Of a stretch of DNA of 50,718 nt, positions 47,753 through 50,718 are shown one piece after another; positions within the stretch are counted from its first letter, which is position 1, and every line of letters starts with the position of its first letter. The DNA is from Azolla caroliniana (Eukaryota > Plantae > Polypodiophyta): contig JBHGNT010000219.1 in assembly GCA_043228905.1 (NCBI GenBank), positions 1 through 50,718 of the forward strand, written 5' to 3'. A program made the position numbers and the translations under genes. Under the pieces are notes generated by a model, which was not told where the DNA came from, searched no databases, and saw only the letters and a program-made list of their open reading frames with translations.

Positions 47753-47854
47753 ATGGATAATAATAATAAAGATTTATTCAAGTTGTTTGTGTGCATAATT
47801 ATTGTAGGCACAGCAGTTGCGGTATTTGCAGGGACAGTGTTTCTAACGAAATAG
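47753..47854 (+). CDS. 33-aa single-TM peptide (not in the ORF track)
   Basis: MDNNNKDLFKLFVCIIIVGTAVAVFAGTVFLTK*. Confidence 0.55.
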   Translation: MDNNNKDLFKLFVCIIIVGTAVAVFAGTVFLTK

Positions 47855-47856
47855 CG

Positions 47857-47955
47857 TGTCCCGTGAGAGTTTCGACTCTCACTTGAGAACAAGGTCTTAG
47901 TCCCTTGCTTTCAAGTGACTGTCGAAAGTCAGTCACGTCTTTCTTAGGACGGACG
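47857..47955 (+). ncRNA. Compact ~100-nt multi-way junction RNA element
   Basis: Four abutting hairpins (one UUCG-capped, one GAAA-capped) closed by TGTCC/GGACG. Confidence 0.55.
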
Positions 47956-48019
47956 TTAAACATACACAATCAGTCCCTAGCGTGTGGGACATAAAACACG
48001 CTATATGGAGTATATTATT

Positions 48020-48913
48020 ATGGCTACTAAACAATTGACCGAAACACAAATGAACGCATTGGGCCTTCAAGTTATTTCAGAAAAAGCGAACGGAATCAAC
48101 GCGGCTACATTCCTATCGAAAACGGGCCTCGACAAAGACAAAGCGAAAGACACCATTGCCCGTCTGTTCAAAGCGAAACAGGTTCGCCAAGACGGAAATA
48201 TGTTCATTATCACACAAGCCGGAAAAGACGCAATGAAAACAACAACAACTAACACAACGAAAAAAGCAGTTAAACCTGCTACGGAAACAGCAAAGGCAAA
48301 ACGTCCCTTGTTGTATATGATTGTAGGGACAGACGAGAACGGCGAAGAAATGTTCTTGGATGCGAAAAAAGACGACCGCAAAGGTGCGGAGAAAGAGTTC
48401 GAGTCCCTTCAAGAAAGTGAAGAGTGGCTTGAATTGAGAGTCGCGGAAATCTCGGGCGGGGACGAAGAGGAAGGTTTTGAGTTTGACGAAAAGACCCTCA
48501 AAGTCCTTGCGAACTATCCCGAACCTTCGGACGAGGAAGACGAAGACGAAGACGAGTCGGAAATCGAAGGGACAGAAGATGAAGAGCCTGTCTTTGAAGA
48601 AGACGAAGACGAAGACGAAGGGGACGAAGACGACGAAGTTGAAGAGGACGAAGAAGAAGAAGTTGAGGAAGTCCCTGAACCAGTGAAAAAAGGCAAGGGC
48701 AAAGGTAAAGCCGAAACCGCAAAATCAACCAAGACACGTTCCGGCGAAGTTGTCCCTGCTCTCGACAAAAAGCTGTTCCTTAAACAGATGATTGTTCTCG
48801 GGGACACGGCAACTGACAAGAGCGATTTGAAATATCTCGATGCGATTGAAGAACTTCTTATCGTGGTAACACACGCTAAACAGGCACTCAATCGTGCGGG
48901 TTACACAATCTAG
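48020..48913 (+). CDS. Winged-helix protein with long acidic tract
   Basis: GGAG SD; GINAATFLSKTGLDKDKAKDTIARLFKAKQV..FIITQAG wHTH pattern; E/D-rich region. Confidence 0.7.
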   Translation: MATKQLTETQMNALGLQVISEKANGINAATFLSKTGLDKDKAKDTIARLFKAKQVRQDGNMFIITQAGKDAMKTTTTNTTKKAVKPATETAKAKRPLLYMIVGTDENGEEMFLDAKKDDRKGAEKEFESLQESEEWLELRVAEISGGDEEEGFEFDEKTLKVLANYPEPSDEEDEDEDESEIEGTEDEEPVFEEDEDEDEGDEDDEVEEDEEEEVEEVPEPVKKGKGKGKAETAKSTKTRSGEVVPALDKKLFLKQMIVLGDTATDKSDLKYLDAIEELLIVVTHAKQALNRAGYTI

Positions 48914-48972
48914 TAACAATACGTTACGTCCAATGTTAGGGACTGTCTAACACAACCGTTGCTTAACTCTAA

Positions 48973-49009
48973 AGGGACTCAAGACGTGAAAACTTGAGTC
49001 CCTATTTTT
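48973..49009 (+). terminator. Intrinsic terminator
   Basis: AGGGACTCAAG-N9-CTTGAGTCCCT-ATTTTT. Confidence 0.8.
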
Positions 49010-49019
49010 ATTAAGACCT

Positions 49020-49319
49020 ATGAGCAAAACGAAAGATGCAATGAGTGTTGTATGGGACGCAATTGCAAGAAAACAAGCGAGAGAGTTACAATCGCAATCT
49101 GCTAATCCGCTTTTTGACCCTATCCCAAAGGGACAAGAAACCCGCCTTTATAAAGATGGTTCGCTAGTGACTGACGTTTCCCACAACTACATCAGACTAG
49201 CGAGAATAATCGAAGCATACGAACAAAACGGTTACTGGAATTACCTTATCGAATACTGCGATAAAGGACAACATAGAAACATAGAAAGTCAAAAACATAT
49301 AAGGTTAGTTATGGAGTAA
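49020..49319 (+). CDS. Hypothetical protein
   Basis: 99 aa. Confidence 0.6.
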   Translation: MSKTKDAMSVVWDAIARKQARELQSQSANPLFDPIPKGQETRLYKDGSLVTDVSHNYIRLARIIEAYEQNGYWNYLIEYCDKGQHRNIESQKHIRLVME

Positions 49320-49322
49320 ATT

Positions 49323-49514
49323 ATGAACTGTGAATTATGTAATAAAAAGATGAAAGAAGGGACAGACTGTATCAACATCAAGGGACTCGGAACTGTCTGT
49401 ATTCCTTGTAAAGAGTCCCACAATTACCGAAGCTGTGTTTGGTGTGACCGATATGAAGTCCCTAAATACAAAATCCCGAAAGGAGAAGATTTTATTTGTA
49501 GTGAGCATTTGTAA
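49323..49514 (+). CDS. Small Cys-rich zinc-binding protein
   Basis: GGAG SD; CELC..CIPC..CVWC..CSEH. Confidence 0.7.
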   Translation: MNCELCNKKMKEGTDCINIKGLGTVCIPCKESHNYRSCVWCDRYEVPKYKIPKGEDFICSEHL

Positions 49515-49515
49515 T

Positions 49516-49866
49516 ATGGATATACACGTTTCACTTGTTAATTATCGAATAGCACAAAAAAGACAGACCCGTTCAAGGCATTTGTCTGTGCTTTTGTTTC
49601 AACGACCTAACGGGGACATTTGGTTATCTGATGGACACCATCGGATTGCCGAAGCAATAAACCAAGCAAGACAGGGACACAGAATCTTAATCCCTGCTGA
49701 TTTGATATATACAGGGACTAAAGAGTTTTATTGGATTCGTTCATTCATCGAATCGTCAAATCAATACCGAGTCCCTTTAAGTGAGATTGAAGGGAACTTA
49801 ATAAATTCCCTTGTTTATGTAGTGAGAGATTATGCCAAAAGTAACGAGTATGAGGAAGTGGAATAG
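49516..49866 (+). CDS. ParB/Srx-like domain protein
   Basis: PNGDIWLSDGHHRIAEA carries the DGxxR signature. Confidence 0.6.
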   Translation: MDIHVSLVNYRIAQKRQTRSRHLSVLLFQRPNGDIWLSDGHHRIAEAINQARQGHRILIPADLIYTGTKEFYWIRSFIESSNQYRVPLSEIEGNLINSLVYVVRDYAKSNEYEEVE

Positions 49867-50062
49867 ACATATAGGGACAGTAAGAGAGTATCATAATCGA
49901 GAAATCGAATGTCCCTTATGTTCTAAAAAAGTGAACTACTCGACAAATGCCGTGAGTTCACACTATCGAAGACATATTAAAGAAGGAGTTGCCACAGTCG
50001 AAATGAGGGACGCATACTTAAAGTCCGCCGGATTGTGGGTCAATCGTGATGTTGAAAAATAA
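49850..50062 (+). CDS. C2H2-type zinc-finger protein
   Basis: ECPLCSK..SSHYRRH; start uncertain (49832 or 49850). Confidence 0.55.
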   Translation: MRKWNRHIGTVREYHNREIECPLCSKKVNYSTNAVSSHYRRHIKEGVATVEMRDAYLKSAGLWVNRDVEK

Positions 50063-50414
50063 TAACATTGTTATCTTCGAGATTGTTTCGGAAAAGACAG
50101 CAAAATGGTGGGGACTTTTTAGCACGAAACAATGTATTCACATACGATTTGTTGACTATACATTTCAAACCTATGGGACTTTACATAGTTTGTTTTACAA
50201 GATAGTCGGCGGTCGCTACACACCGCGCTATGAGTCCCTTGAAATGGACAAGATGAATAGCGGGGTTCACGGGACAGTTTCTTTTTCTTTTGCACATACG
50301 AGAAAGAATGTGTCCCTTATATTGAAACTTTTACGAGAGATTGAGCAAATTGAGATAAGGTTCATCAACAAGGTCAAACTCGGAAAACAAAGGACAAAAA
50401 TATGGAAGGCTTGA
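50046..50414 (+). CDS. Hypothetical protein
   Basis: 122 aa. Confidence 0.55.
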   Translation: MMLKNNNIVIFEIVSEKTAKWWGLFSTKQCIHIRFVDYTFQTYGTLHSLFYKIVGGRYTPRYESLEMDKMNSGVHGTVSFSFAHTRKNVSLILKLLREIEQIEIRFINKVKLGKQRTKIWKA

Positions 50415-50626
50415 ATAAGTTTTTGGTTAAGTGGACAATCTGTGACGGTGAACACGAATACAATCAAGTTGCGGTCTTTGAGGCCCAGGATATAAAACAG
50501 GCAAAAGAAATTGCACATAAAGATTACGCAACAATCGGGTATGAAGGGGACTATCGGATATACAAAGATGTTTGTCTATGGTCTATTTCAGAGGGTCAGT
50601 ATAATGTATTGAGAGGAGTTTTGTAA
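50402..50626 (+). CDS. Hypothetical protein
   Basis: 74 aa, AGGA SD. Confidence 0.6.
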   Translation: MEGLNKFLVKWTICDGEHEYNQVAVFEAQDIKQAKEIAHKDYATIGYEGDYRIYKDVCLWSISEGQYNVLRGVL

Positions 50627-50718
50627 TGGATAAAATGTATGGATATAAAGTGGGACAAATCGTTGTCCTTCAAGTTGACGTGAAAGTAAAGAACTTCCAA
50701 ACGGAACATCGGGGACTT
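50626..50718 (+). CDS. Partial CDS running off the window end
   Basis: GAGGAG SD, TAATG coupling, MDKMYGYKVGQIVVL... Confidence 0.55.
   Translation, partial: MDKMYGYKVGQIVVLQVDVKVKNFQTEHRGL

Noticed and set aside
47857-47955. tRNA gene
   Set aside because: No 7-bp acceptor stem, D arm, anticodon arm geometry or CCA; TTCGA sits in a UUCG-capped hairpin at the 5' side.
1-50718. Host assignment and temperate versus lytic lifestyle
   Set aside because: No integrase, CI-type repressor or host genes are visible; sigma-54 use and SD patterns are too widespread to name a host.

Overview
The window is most or all of a tailed dsDNA phage genome of siphovirus type, about 38-40% GC by eye. No integrase, tRNA or CRISPR array was seen. 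Plus strand 1-13.2 kb: a tandem array of five paralogous Cys-rich genes (the first three broken by probable homopolymer read errors), then a family A DNA polymerase, a wHTH replication initiator with an internal origin, a DnaB helicase, an RHH regulator and an SSB-like gene. Minus strand 13.2-41.9 kb: tail, tape measure, lambda-E-type capsid, S49 protease, portal, terminase and an unusual lysis cassette (muramidase-holin fusion plus a receiver-domain protein). Plus strand 42.7-50.7 kb: putative early region. The most striking unexplained signals are: (1) a ~730-nt highly structured noncoding RNA starting at the predicted start site of a near-consensus sigma-54 promoter with upstream enhancer-like palindromes; (2) a genome-wide, roughly tenfold or greater excess of GGG(A/C)C, about one site per 65-90 bp, whose GGGCC variant almost disappears in the early region; (3) two AbrB-like proteins with histone-H1-like tails; (4) a predicted antisense RNA over the initiator RBS; (5) a +1 UUU-CGU frameshift in the tail assembly chaperone. 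All counts and pairings were made by eye and need computational confirmation.
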